Shown: in pieces, positions 1 through 12,441 of the stretch
Position numbering within the stretch: the stretch's first letter is position 1
Layout of the letters: each line of letters starts with the position of its first letter
Assembly: GCA_030141605.1 (NCBI GenBank)
Contig: JAQGDQ010001206.1
Span: 1-55,544 of the forward strand
Reading direction: 5' to 3'
DNA length: 55,544 nt
From: Tubiluchus corallicola
Lineage: Eukaryota > Animalia > Priapulida
Made by a program: the position numbers and the translations under genes
The notes under the pieces: generated by a model
Databases searched by the model: none
Seen by the model: only the letters and a program-made list of their open reading frames with translations
Told to the model about the DNA's origin: nothing

Positions 1-192
1 GCGTAACCAAGACTTAGTACTAAGGAATGACAGCGTAACCAAGACTTAGTACTAAGGAATAACAGCGTAACCAAGACTTAGTACTAAGGAATGACAGCGT
101 AACCAAGACTTAGTACTAAGGAATAACAGCGTAACCAAGACTTAGTAATAAGCAATGACAGCGTAACCAAGACTTTGTACTAAGCAATGAGA
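1..192. repeat. 32-bp tandem repeat (>=6 copies, cut by window edge) just upstream of DRGX
   Basis: Unit gcgtaaccaagacttagtactaaggaatgaca repeats from base 1; most units contain the 12-bp palindrome CTTAGTACTAAG. Confidence 0.95.
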
Positions 193-357
193 GAGTAACT
201 TGTTAGCTCTTAAACTTGTTATTCGAAACAAAAAATATAAATACTTTTTGAGCCGTGCTCTTACGTAATTCTTGTGCTTTTTTACAGTTCTTCGCATACT
301 CAATAAAGCTGTCGGAGCCTAGCTAAGCCACCTGGTGGCGGACTTCTCAACTACACC

Positions 358-442
358 ATGTTTTGCTTTCACTGCCCGCCGATGTTTTCGACTGCTGCAG
401 GTCGACTTGGTCACATGGATCTCAACTGTCAGCATAATCCTT
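358..442 (+). CDS. DRGX: DRGX coding exon 1 (MFCFHCPPMFSTAAGRLGHMDLNCQHNP)
   Basis: ACCATG start context; resembles vertebrate DRGX N-terminus MFYFHCPP; donor GTGAGT at 443, phase 1. Confidence 0.88.
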
Positions 443-1184
443 GTGAGTAAAGAGTTATCTTATAAAACTTATAGATTTTTAAGCTGAGAATCTAACACCC
501 ATGAGAGAAAAGATTTCTGCTTTGATCACAACAAAGGGACGCGTTACTTGAAAATATTAGGTGGCCAGAGTGAAAATAATAATAAAAATTCTCTATTTAA
601 AACTTTAAACTTGGTTTTGGGCAATTTTTTCTTCAAATCAATTGTGGATGCGCCCAGTCCAGGCAAAGAAACGGCAAAAATCAGTATTGAACTGCGCGAT
701 AGACCTGCAATTTATTAAAATAACAGATCACAAAAAGTGCTTAAGAACGTACTAAAGGTTGTTACTATTTAGACAAAATGAAAAGTTAGATTTAAGAAGA
801 CTGAAACACAAATTATTACTTTATGATTCTAGACATGTTCTGGTAAAAGCTTATGGCTGTCTGCTATGGTATGCCTTTCAAGACCTACACTTTTCAAAAT
901 TCTTACCACTGCTGAAAACTTCAAAAAATTTAAAATGAATACGTTTGCGTTTCATAAGTTTAAGTACGTTTCATCAGTTTTAAAATTGTCAAAAACACTT
1001 CAGCTAAATCTACCCATAAAATGCTTTATAAATGCTGACTAACGCGACATCATTTCGTGTTTAACAGGCAAAAAAGGACTAGATTTAAGTCTATAAATTA
1101 AGATGACTGCGTTTTTTATTGATAGACCTATTTCTCCTAATTGTAGGAATGCATTTAATAATTTTTTACAGTATAAGGTGCTTA

Positions 1185-1729
1185 GTTTAAACATAATTTA
1201 TTGTAGGATTGGATCAGACAGTTTCAACAACATGATTTAGGATCCTCACCACAACAGACTTTATACACTATTTACAAAAACGTTTACAGTAAGAATGGGC
1301 TATAACTACACAAGCTGATACGTTTTACAACAAGATTACATTAGACATTAGTAGAAAATGACGGTTAGAAATAATTAATGTACGAATATTTAAGACTGAT
1401 GCATTTCATATCAGATAGAAACTACTGGAAGCGTTTAGTACGTAATATAAAGTCATGTATGCATTGGAATATTTTACAGTTAGCAACATGGTTAAATTAA
1501 TCTTTACTGAATAATAACAACTTCAACAGATCATTAGTTCCTAAGGCAGCTATATTAAGGTTTTCGGGCAGAAGTATTGCATTTAATTTATCAAACACAA
1601 CAACCCTAGCTAATTGATACAATGCGTAGTGCAACAAAAAGTATTCAATAGACTCGAATCGAAATCCACAGTTACAATTCGGCAATATTGGATGACCGTT
1701 ATTATCTTTACAGCCTTTAGAGAAAAAGT
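1185..1729 (-). mobile_element. 5'-truncated non-LTR retrotransposon 3' end (CR1/L2-group-like, family B)
   Basis: Encodes a C-terminal CCHC-type motif (CNCGFRFESIEYFLLH), ends in AATAAA and a short CTAAA-type tail; 15-bp TSD agtataaggtgctta at 1170..1184 and 1730..1744. Confidence 0.85.
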
Positions 1730-1912
1730 AGTATAAGGTGCTTAAAATATCCTGTAAATAATTACAATCTTATAATTATTGTAATACGTGGTAATGATAA
1801 AGTTGATAAAGTAACAACTAAGGCACTGTTGGCGGATGCATCTTTCCAGTGCCGCGCATTGATACACTAGATAATCCCATAAGCTGGTTACCATAAAAAT
1901 AGTACAGCCTAT

Positions 1913-1978
<66 letters not shown>
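1913..1978. repeat. (GTA)n microsatellite
   Basis: About 22 perfect units. Confidence 0.98.
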
Positions 1979-2801
1979 AAATCTTTATTTGCCATTTTAA
2001 AAACATTGACCATCATATTAAAAGACAGACAATCAATGTTAGTTCATATAAAAACATACACTGTTCTGGGCAAATGCGTCTCGTGCAAGCTAAACTATAA
2101 GTGCAACTAGAAATTAAAAAATAAAATATAAACTAGCTTAGTAAGGTCTAGGAAAAATGAAATTATGATTTGAGTGAATATCATCGTGTTCGTATGTCGG
2201 ATATTCAAAACGAGTCATTAAATGTTTTTTTTAATTTAGACTTGAATATTGATAAAGAGCTGCTGTGTTTTAGTGAAGTCGGTAATGAATTCCTATGGGC
2301 ATATACACCTTCTATATGTACTCCCTTTTCCATCACATTAAGTTAATTAGTACAATTAATAATGTAAAACATCTATAATATCTATATAATAATAACATGC
2401 ATTCTAATCATAATGTAATTCTATAAGATTACAAAGTCCTACTGAGCATGCGCAGAAAACTAGCGCTCCCGCCTTTGACGAACCAATTTCCAAAATGATT
2501 ACAGCCTTAACTTTATTAGATCCCAACCTTTATTGTGCGCACAACATCTCTGACGAGAGGTTAACCAAATCTCTCGCCTGATTAAGCTATTACTTTATTA
2601 ATGCGTGAAACATCTCGCTGGAGAGGTGGGATATAAAACCGCACGCCTGATTAGTTTTGCACCTTTAGGAATTAAGGTCAAATTTGGGGAATTATTCTAA
2701 ACAATATGATAGTCGTGTATGGAGGGTGAAGAGAGAGAAAGAACATAATTTGATGGTGATTCTTTTCAATGGAGGTAATCTTATTGTAAGAAGCTTATAA
2801 G

Positions 2802-3007
2802 CGTGGCGGATCTAAGAGCGACATGAAAAATAAACAGTAACCACTCTTAAGTCTGCCCTCGTAAACCTATTTAATATAAATTAGATTAAATTAAATTTCT
2901 TAAAGATCGCATCTAAGCGACATTAAGCTAAAAAACTCCCGAAACTTCCGAAAAAAGCGTCAGCATTGGTGGCGGATGCAATTCAAAGGGGCCTGGATCC
3001 GCCCCTA
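2802..3007. mobile_element. Degenerate hAT-like MITE
   Basis: Ends cgtggcggatcta...ggatccgccccta; flanks cttataag/gttatcag only an imperfect 8-bp TSD. Confidence 0.4.
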
Positions 3008-3578
3008 GTTATCAGCATCACTCGTGGATTTAATGCAGCGTCTAATTGCAATTAGTTAATCAAGTCGTAGACACAAAACATGTGCTAAGATTGTTTGTAT
3101 ATTAGTTTAGCCTGGAATTAAAGTAGAGGATAGAGAGAGAGAAGGAAAGAGGGCTGGTGCCTGGAGGGTCTATTAGATTAGCTCTTCGTTAGAAAATAAC
3201 TAGGATGTCAAGTAAAAGTCTATAGAATTTAACTCGAGAAAAGCCATGAAAAATAAAGAATAGTGAATTAACTCTTGGATTTTCGTTTAAAGGACAAGAA
3301 AACATTTTTCATAAATAAATTTTATATCACTTATATGGTGTCTTATTGCATACAGGACTTGTGTAACGCTGTTAATTTAAATTTGTGAGATGACCGTTAG
3401 GCGCAGCCATTTTAACGGCAAGTCGTTAGAATAAAAGTTTAGGCAGCAGTTGCCTAAAGTTCGAAACGCCGACAAAGCAAAAGTTTAAATTGTATTTTCT
3501 GGTTTTCTGGTTAATAAGAACAATGTGGTGAGCCGGTAGAGCACACTGGGTTGGTGAGACAGTGACGTTCTACTAATT

Positions 3579-4431
3579 CTTCTTCTTCTTCTTCCCAGCT
3601 TTAGTTTAGTTTAAACATAATTTATTATAGGATTGGGTCAGACAGTTTGTACAACATGATTTAGGATCTTCACCACAACAGACTTTCTACACTATTTACA
3701 ATAACATTTACAGTAAGAATAGACTATACTTAGTTTTAGGTATACTTTTGTATACTAAAGTTTTACTACAGTGATACATTAGACATTAGTAAAAAATTAC
3801 GGTTAGTAAATATTAATGTACGATTATTTAAGACTGATGCATTTTATATCAGATAGAAACTACTGGAAGCGTTTAGTACGTAATATAAAGTCATGTATGC
3901 ATTGGAATATTTTACAGTTAGTAACATAGTTAAATTCATCTTTACAAAATAATAACAACTTCAACAGATCATTAGTTCCTAAGACAGCTATATTAAGGTT
4001 TTCGGTCTTCCCAGCTTTTTCCTATTCGGGATCGCCGTTGTGAATGAGTCTTTTACAGGCATTCCTGTTGTTGACCATCTCTTCATTTATGTCTTCCCTT
4101 CCCACATGATCTTCACCGACTCTTCTTTTCAGGTGTCCATACCATCGCAATCTTGCGAGGCTTCCACTACTTTCACTGTTCCTCTGATATTATTATTTCT
4201 AATTTTATCTCTTCTTGTTATTCCCACCATCCATCTCAACATCCTCATCACCACCACACCCATTTTCTTCTCTTCGGTCTTCTTTAGAGAAGCAGCTTCC
4301 AGCCCATAGATTAGAGCGGGTCTGACCACTCCTTTGTGGACTTTACATTTAAGTCTCTCCGACTCATTCATAGACGGTTTTGGCGCAGTTTTTACAGGCG
4401 GATGCCCTTCCTGTCCCTAACCCTCCCTTCC
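3579..4431 (-). mobile_element. Internally deleted RTE-derived element (5'-UTR segment joined to ORF 3' end, (GAA)n tail)
   Basis: 16-bp TSD tgacgttctactaatt at 3563..3578 and 4432..4447; peptide VVRPALIYGLE...MRMLRWMVGITRRDKIRN is RTE C-terminal; same family as 40033..40404. Confidence 0.85.
3603..4005 (-). mobile_element. Family B LINE 3' fragment nested in the RTE tail
   Basis: Near-identical to part of 1185..1729; 13-bp TSD tcttcccagcttt at 3590..3602 and 4006..4018. Confidence 0.88.
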
Positions 4432-4529
4432 TGACGTTCTACTAATTGGTGCAAACATTTTAAAATGATGTTAAAGATGTTCGTTTCCAATTACTTTACT
4501 GTGTCAAACAGGTAATCATAATGCTAAGT

Positions 4530-4765
4530 AACCTTTCTCCCAGTTCTTTTTTTGTTCACTCATCCATGTTTTTATCAGGTTCACATGACAGTGGGCTTAT
4601 ACAAGCCTTTGCTTCTCTAGCCCACTGCAGTACAATTATTCTTTTATGATAACGATAGTGTATGAAACATAACAATTTAATACAGTATGATGTAATAATT
4701 TTGATGTCACCGTGTGCTTAATGTCATTATATTGTACTGAATGTGATAATAATAAACTAAAAAAA
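4530..4765 (+). mobile_element. LINE 3'-UTR-like dispersed repeat
   Basis: Stem-loop cagtgggct...agcccactg and AATAAA near its end; inverted near-identical copy at ~33645..33870. Confidence 0.65.
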
Positions 4766-5361
4766 CTAGAACTAAAGTAATACAGCTTAGTATGGAAAGT
4801 TTCTTGTGACAAACGAAAGTTTCCTTTTAAATGTTAGCAGTTTTTAATTTAGACAATCAAATCAGCATTTTAAATTTTCATTCTCGAGTTCCGATTCTCC
4901 AGTTTGTTAAAACTGTCAGTCAAAATACTCAAAATCCATTTAACAAATCCATAATTTTTTTCTAGAAAGGAATTCGCTTAAGTTTGCGTTAATTTCTTTT
5001 AAAGTTTTTTTTCTGAAAGTTGCCATTCTCGGCTCTAATGGCGAACGTTTTTCTTGAACCTAAGATCACTTTTAAGTTACTTTTTATGTGTTTTGAGGTT
5101 TTACCTGGTTATTGGAGTTTATTATTCAATATTTTCTTTTCCTTCCAAAAATATTAAAAGTTTTTTTCAATTTTTTACTTTCAGATGTTTTCTTGCAATT
5201 TTTACGTTTTTTATTCAAAATTTCCCAAAGTATACTTTTCTGTGCAACCTGCCTACATCCAAGTATTTGTCTTTTCTACTAAAATATTAAATGCTTTTAT
5301 TATATGAGGGGTTTTAAAAGTACACCAATGCAGATTATAATGTAATATGTATAGGTGCAGC

Positions 5362-5470
5362 AATGATGAAGATGGTAATGATGATGATGTTGTTGTTGTT
5401 GTTGTTGTTGTTGATGATGATGACGATGATGATGATGATGATGATGACGACGACGATGACGATGATGATG
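5362..5470. repeat. Compound (GAT/GTT/GAC)n microsatellite
   Basis: Direct reading. Confidence 0.95.
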
Positions 5471-6324
5471 GGAATAACAGTGTGACAATGGTAATTTTGA
5501 CGATAATGGTGACAATACTGACGGGCAACAGCAGTATCTGTGACGTCACCTTCTCCCTCCAAGCCAGAATGATTTAACGAAGCCGCCTGAGTTGTGCAAA
5601 ATATAAAGGCGATCTCAGCATATTTAAAAATTAAACGGCTTCCTTTGTTGCCTGCTATAATAATATATTTAGTTTTTTGAGGTGCTGATAATATGGCAGA
5701 TTTTCCACGCCATCTACATTCATCTCAGTAACAATTTCGAAACACAATGAGCTTTAATAATCACTGACTAGGCGTGTTGAATGGTTTGAGGAAAAATTGT
5801 GCTGATTTAATTTCCGGGACACTCACACAATAGTGCAGCTTCACAATAGAGCTACCTGCGTGTTATAAAATGTAATTTAATAATTAATATGTTGCTTAGA
5901 TTAGCAAAGTGATTTTTTCATTGACCTGCAGTTAGTTGAGTGAGGAATTAAAGCTAAACTGAATTGAATTGTTTCCGTATTAAAACTCTATTGTGGTTTA
6001 TTTATTTTTACTTGTAGGCGTAAAATGAAAACTATTTATTCACAGTGGTTACCTACTTCTTATTGTCGTCATCGTCATTGTCAAATTCGTCGTAGTTGCC
6101 ACAGTCGCCGCGTCACTGATGTCCATGCGATGATGCTGCACGTTATGATGACGGTGGCTGTGGTGACGGTGGCTGTGGTGACAGTGATGACAACGGCCAC
6201 TGCAGTTGTTTGGAAAATTGATTCATGTCAAAACATGATTTATTTTGATTTTCAGTAAACATAATAATTTCCTTTATTTTCAAAATAATTAGTTTTTCAC
6301 CATCAACATCCCTTTGGTGTTGCG

Positions 6325-6643
6325 CATTAACTACATTAACTACATTAACTACATTAATTACATTAACTACATTAACTACATTAACTACATTAACTACATT
6401 AAATACATTAACTACATTAACTACATTAACTACATTAACTACATTAACTACATTAACTTCATTAACTACATTAACTACATTAACTACATTAACTACATTA
6501 ATTACATTAACTACATTAACTACATTAACTTCATTAACTACATTAACTACGTGAACTTCATTAACTACATTAACTACATTAATTACATTAACTACATTAA
6601 CTACATTAACTACATTAATTACATTAACTAGATTAACTACATT
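6325..6643. repeat. 9-bp minisatellite (CATTAACTA)n, ~35 copies
   Basis: Direct reading; explains the INY-repeat ORF. Confidence 0.97.
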
Positions 6644-6949
6644 ACTAAACGGACCTATCCATTACTCGTAAAACATAGTCTCATAACAACGGCTATCAAA
6701 AAGGCAAGAAAGTTACGACAACATAGATTTCAAAATTATTCCTCCTCCTAGAAGAATTCACTAACGTTTTTTAACTGAGCTCCAGACCATACGCAGTTTT
6801 AAGAATTTAGGGCATCTATGAATGCAGTAATGGAGGGCTTCATGTGACTGTTTATATGAATGCAATAATGGAGGGCTTCGTGTGACTGTTTTCTTAAATT
6901 GAGACAAGTGGCAAAACAAACATTCATAAATAATAATGCGGTTCATAAG

Positions 6950-7286
6950 TGTTGTGGAGATCGCTGGCATCATTACATAGAACATTGTAGAATGTTCCAT
7001 TAGAATCATCGTCTTACCTTGTAGAATGTTCTAGAAAGAAACGTCTAGAATGTTCCCTGGCACCCTATATAAGGCGAAGCAGGCCGCTGACAGACACACA
7101 CACACACACGGATTCACACGGACGCCACTTGCACATTCTCTTGTATACTTGTATTTTCAGATACACTCAAACGTTTTCCAGATTTTCACATTTACTGTAA
7201 ACATTTCGCGTTACTTCATACTTTTGTGTTGTAGAATTTTCGCTTAATAAACTAGTTTAATTTGAAGAAGTGTTTTCTGGTTAACA
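6950..7286 (+). mobile_element. Solo-LTR-like segment with heat-shock elements and TATA box
   Basis: TGTT...AACA ends, nGAAn inverted arrays at 6979..6998 and 7023..7056, TATATAA 7066..7072, AATAAA 7246..7251. No TSD; right end abuts a tail-less LINE fragment. Confidence 0.6.
6979..7072 (+). promoter_or_regulatory. Heat-shock element cluster + TATA box
   Basis: aGAAt-gTTCt-aGAAa at 7023..7037 is a perfect three-pentamer HSE; two further 4-pentamer arrays with one imperfect unit each; TATA 10 bp downstream of the last. Confidence 0.6.
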
Positions 7287-7790
7287 AGATTACATTAGAC
7301 ATTAGTAGAAAATGCCGGTTAGAAAATATTAATGTACGATTATTTAAGACTGATGCATTTCATATCAGATAGAAGCTACCGGAAGCGTTTAGTACGTAAT
7401 ATAAAGTCGTGTATGCATTGGAATATTTTACAGTTAGCAACATAGTTAAATTCATCTTTTCTGAATAATAACAACTTCAACAGATCATTAGTTCCTAATG
7501 GCAGCTATATTAAGGTTTTCAGGCAGAAGTATTTCATTTAATTTATCAAACATAACAACCCTAGTTTGTTGATACAATGGGCAGTGCAACAAAAAGTGTT
7601 CAACAGACTCAAATCGAAATCCACAATTGCAATTCGGCAATATTGGATGACCGTTATTATCTTTACAGCCTTTAGAGAAATGGTCCACTGACCACTTCAC
7701 ATAACATGTCCACAAAAGCTTTTGAGTCACAACGTAGATGTTAGATAAAACCGAACTTTTTACGCATTCATAAAGTACCTATCATCTATT
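7284..7790 (-). mobile_element. Family B LINE fragment (longest 5' extent, tail missing)
   Basis: ORF 7488..7730 contains CNCGFRFESVEHFLLHCPLY; near-identical to 1185..1729 over the shared part. 5' boundary approximate. Confidence 0.82.
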
Positions 7791-8513
7791 ACTGACTTGG
7801 TTATCACCTATTAATAATAATAATGTTTGTCCTGTTATAAACCATTGACTTCACTGATCTGTGGAGAATTCCTGGCTCTGTGGGTGCAGAATGTCAATAT
7901 TTTACTAAATATATTGGGAAATATATTAAATAAAAGAGTCAGGTAACTCAATCAGGCAGTATGTGTTGATAATAAATTTGATCAAAGATCGGTTGTTTGC
8001 GTCAGGTCGAGCTTTTTGCATCCCGAGGGCGTATTACTCCGCAAGACAAATTACCGACGTGATTATACGCCACGAAATGAATCTAATCCTATAGACAAAC
8101 TTGATATGGTTAGTTTGATTGCTAAGACGCTATTACTTTGACGTTTTGGTTGCGAGCTTTCGAAAATAAAGATTTTGTTTTGTATTCTCAAGTGGTTTCG
8201 TGTAAAAAACTGACTTTCGCGGTGTAATCTCAACGTTCCAGCTTAAAACTTGTCTTCATACTTAAACCTAGAGAGAAGTAGTACAATTTCGAGCACGTTT
8301 TCTCTCATATTTTCGACGCATGGTATGGATCTTAAAGATTCAATTACTTTGTTTGCCAAAGTTTTCTGATGTCTAGATAACTACGTCACACGAAGTTACT
8401 TATCACACAAAACTACACATCACATATAGTTGCTTCATGTGTCAACTTTATTATATGCAATTAATTATCACATATACTATAATTATATCACATGTAGTTA
8501 TTCATACATCATA

Positions 8514-9115
8514 CAAAGTTACTTAACTCAGTTACGCTATGTCACATGTGACTACATGCACTTACCCTGCATCATGCACATGCCAAGTTGCTTAACTCAG
8601 TTACGCTATGTCACATGTGACTACATGCACTTACCCTGCATCATGCCAAGTTGCTTAACTCAGTTACACCATGTCACGTGACTACATGCACTTGCCGTGC
8701 ATCACGCAAAGTTGCTTAACTCAGTTACACCATGTCACGTGACTACATGCACTTACCCTGCATCACACAAAGTTACTTAACTCAGTTACGCTATGTCACA
8801 TATGACTACATGCACTTACCCTGCATCACACAAAGTTACTTAACTCAGTTACGCTATGTCACATGTGACTACATGCACTTACCCTGCATCACACAAAGTT
8901 ACTTAACTCAGTTACGCTATGTCACATATGACTACATGCACTTACCCTGCATCACACAAAGTTACTTAACTCAGTTACGCTATGTCACATGTGACTACAT
9001 GCACTTACCCTGCATCATGCCAAGTTGCTTAACTCAGTTACACCATGTCACGTGACTACATGCACTTACCGTGCATCACGCAAAGTTGCTTAACTCAGTT
9101 ACACCATGTCACGTG
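8514..9115. repeat. 63-bp minisatellite, ~10 copies
   Basis: Unit caaagttacttaactcagttacgctatgtcacatgtgactacatgcacttaccctgcatcaca; period 63 confirmed (8768, 8831). Confidence 0.95.
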
Positions 9116-10085
9116 TTTACACTATATCACATACAGCAACACTTAGCTGCGTCACATGTAACTACTCACACAGTCACACACACTGTTACTTGCACATACA
9201 GCAACACTTAGTCTATGTCACATGTAACTACCCACACAGTCACACACCGTTACTTTGCACTATATCACATACAACACTTAGTCTATGTCACATGTAACTA
9301 CCCACACAGTCACACACCGTTACTTTACACTATATCACATACAGCAACACTTAGCTATGTCACATGTAACTACCCACACAGTCACACACCGTTACTTTGC
9401 ACTATATCACATACAAAAACACTTAGTCTATGTCACATGTAACTACCCACACAGTCACACACACTTTGCACTATGCACATACAGCAACACTTAGTCTATG
9501 TCACAGGTACCCACACAGTCACACACCGTTACTTTACACTATATCACATACAGCAACACTTAGCTATGTCACATGTAACTACCCGCACAGTCACACACAG
9601 TTACTTTACACTATATCAGATACAAAAACACTTAGCTATGTCACATGTAACTACCCACACAGTCACACACAGTTACTTTGCACTATATAACTTAGTCTAT
9701 GTCACATGTAGCTACCCACACAGTCACACACCGTTACTTTACACTATATCACATACAGCAACACTTAGCTATGTCACATGTAACTACCCGCACAGTCACA
9801 CACAGTTACTTTGCACTATATCAGATACAAAAACACTTAGCTATGTCACATGTAACTACCCACACAGTCACACACAGTTACTTTGCACTATATCACTTAG
9901 TGTATGTCACATGTAACTACCCACACAGTCACACACCGTTACTTTGCACTATATCACATACAGCAACACTTAGCTATGTCACATGTAACTACCCACACAG
10001 TCACACACCGTTACTTTACACTATATCAGATACAAAAACACTTAGCTATGTCACATGTAACTACCCACACAGTCACAGACAGTTA
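9115..10085. repeat. ~72-bp minisatellite, ~14 variable copies
   Basis: Unit ctatgtcacatgtaactacccacacagtcacacaccgttactttacactatatcacatacagcaacacttag with indel variants. Confidence 0.95.
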
Positions 10086-10656
10086 GCACGTGTTTTATAC
10101 TCTGGGGTTAACAGCAGTAAACCAAATAGCAATCAAATTGCTCTCTCTACTTTGTAATGTAATTTCGTACAAATTAGCTCATAATTGCGCTGCCTCTGAT
10201 TATCCAGCCATCGTCGGGATAATTTATCCAATTTGATGACAAATATTAGGAAATTAGTCGCTTTGAAAGAGCGCGCTACGTGACGAAGTGGCATCACTGC
10301 AGGGCGAAGATGTTCTCCGATTCGTGACTAAAATTCAAGTCTCCGATTCGCGATCCTGCTTTGTCGAGAAGTTTGATCAATCGTCTTGCACCCGAAGCAG
10401 TTGATTCGTGAACTTGATGATTTATTTCTCTGTTAAGGAAGTTTTATAAATAAAGGGACGCTGCACAGCATTTTAGTTCATAAACAAGGTTTTTCTCACA
10501 ATTAAAATTGTAAAACGTATCAAATTAGACGTTGTAATAAACGCTTAAGTCCGTATTTACATTTTTTGCCAGTATAAATAAGTTATGAACAAACAAACAA
10601 ACAATTTAATAATTGATCAAGAATTAGTCATTAGGCCAGTCTGCCAATCAATCATT

Positions 10657-11130
10657 TAGTCAGTCAGTCGGTCGGTCGGTCAGTCAGTTGGTCAGTCAGT
10701 CAGTCAGTTAGTCAGTCAGTCAGTCAGTCAGTCAGTCAGTCAGTCAGTTTGTTATATCGTTAATTGTTATTTCTGTTATTGTTGTGTTTCATGACTTATT
10801 GTATTATTTGTATTAATTTGTGATGTGCATATGAACTTTGTGAAGTTTGAAATAAAATATTAAATCTAAATCAATCAGTCAGTCAGTCAGTCAGTCAGTC
10901 AGTCAGTCAGTCAGTCAGCGAGTCAGTCAGTCAGTCAGTCAGTCAGTCAGTCAGTCAGTCAGTCAGTCAGTCAGTCAGTCAGTCAGTCAGTCAGTCAGTC
11001 AGTCAGTCAGTCAGTCAGTCAGTCAGTCAGTCAGTCAGTCAGTCAGTGAGTCAGAGAGTCAGTGAGTGAGTGAGTGAGTGAGTGAGTGAGTGAGTGAGTG
11101 AGTGAGTGAGTGAGTCAGTCAGTCAGTCAG
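10657..11130. repeat. (CAGT)n/(GAGT)n tetranucleotide tracts (10657..10748 and 10875..11130)
   Basis: Direct reading. Confidence 0.95.
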
Positions 11131-11289
11131 ATCAATCAACCAAGAAATACATCAGTAAAGAAAGAAAAGACAAACAAATGAAAAGATGGGTCGACAGACA
11201 AACAGACAAACACTCAAAAAAAGCAAGAAAACTCATTAAACTCATGCTACTTACTGTGACGTTTTCAGGAAATGACTTGTTGTTTACAG

Positions 11290-11381
11290 ATTCTGGATTT
11301 TCGCTTCATCCTGAACTGCACGATGACGCCTTTGCGCGGAGGAAACAACGTCGCAACCGAACTACTTTCACTTTGCAACAG
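11290..11381 (+). CDS. DRGX: DRGX coding exon 2 (homeodomain N-terminal arm)
   Basis: tttacag acceptor, (Y)SGFSLHPELHDDAFARRKQRRNRTTFTLQQ, donor GTAAGT at 11382. Confidence 0.92.
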
Positions 11382-11780
11382 GTAAGTAATTCAAAGTAAC
11401 GTATTTTCCCGAACACCCTGTATTTTCAACATGTAATGGAATCGTGCTAAATAGAGATACGTTACTACCGTTTAAAAATTCCCAGAAATTCATGTTTGTG
11501 TATGGTTACCAAAACTACCAGACAGGTGCCACGATCAATGCATAGGTTTATAAGGTGCCATGTGAAAGTCCGCTTGAGCCTGAAAACCCAATAGGGTATG
11601 GTAATACGAAATGAGATGCTAGTCTTTCTATTAATTCGTTTATCCCGTAGCGAATTTTGTCTCCAATAAAAGTGCAAGTGTTACATTACTCAGGCCTATT
11701 TCACACAATTCTTGTTACTTTTGCATGCAAACTGCAGTGTAGTAACAAAGTTGATTGCTAATAGTAATCGAAAAGTTTAG

Positions 11781-11924
<144 letters not shown>

Positions 11925-11937
11925 TAGTTACACACTT

Positions 11938-12226
<289 letters not shown>

Positions 12227-12441
12227 AGTTGTTAAAGGAAAGAACAATTGAATATATGCAACAAGATCGTCTGTTAAGACGATCATATAAGAAACCGTAT
12301 CAAGTCAAAGAAATGAGTCTTATGCTACTAAAATTAACATATTTAAAGGAAAACCGAATAGAATCATAAACTATACTTTAAAACAATCTAATCTGTAAAA
12401 TATTATTTGAAGAAACGTTGTTTTTGGAATCACTCTTATAT

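Larger units (their letters stand above)
3291..4530 (+). mobile_element. Kolobok-like non-autonomous DNA element (family A) interrupted by nested LINE insertions
   Basis: Starts TTAA|AGGACAAGAAAA; 3291..3578 plus 4448..4530 align by eye with copies at ~15411, ~19905 and (inverted) ~28240..28460. Right boundary approximate. Confidence 0.6.

Noticed and set aside
11106-11289. N-terminal extension of the homeobox ORF 11106..11399
   Set aside because: Starts in the (GAGT/CAGT)n tract; the conserved MFCFHCPP exon at 358 splices in frame to 11290.
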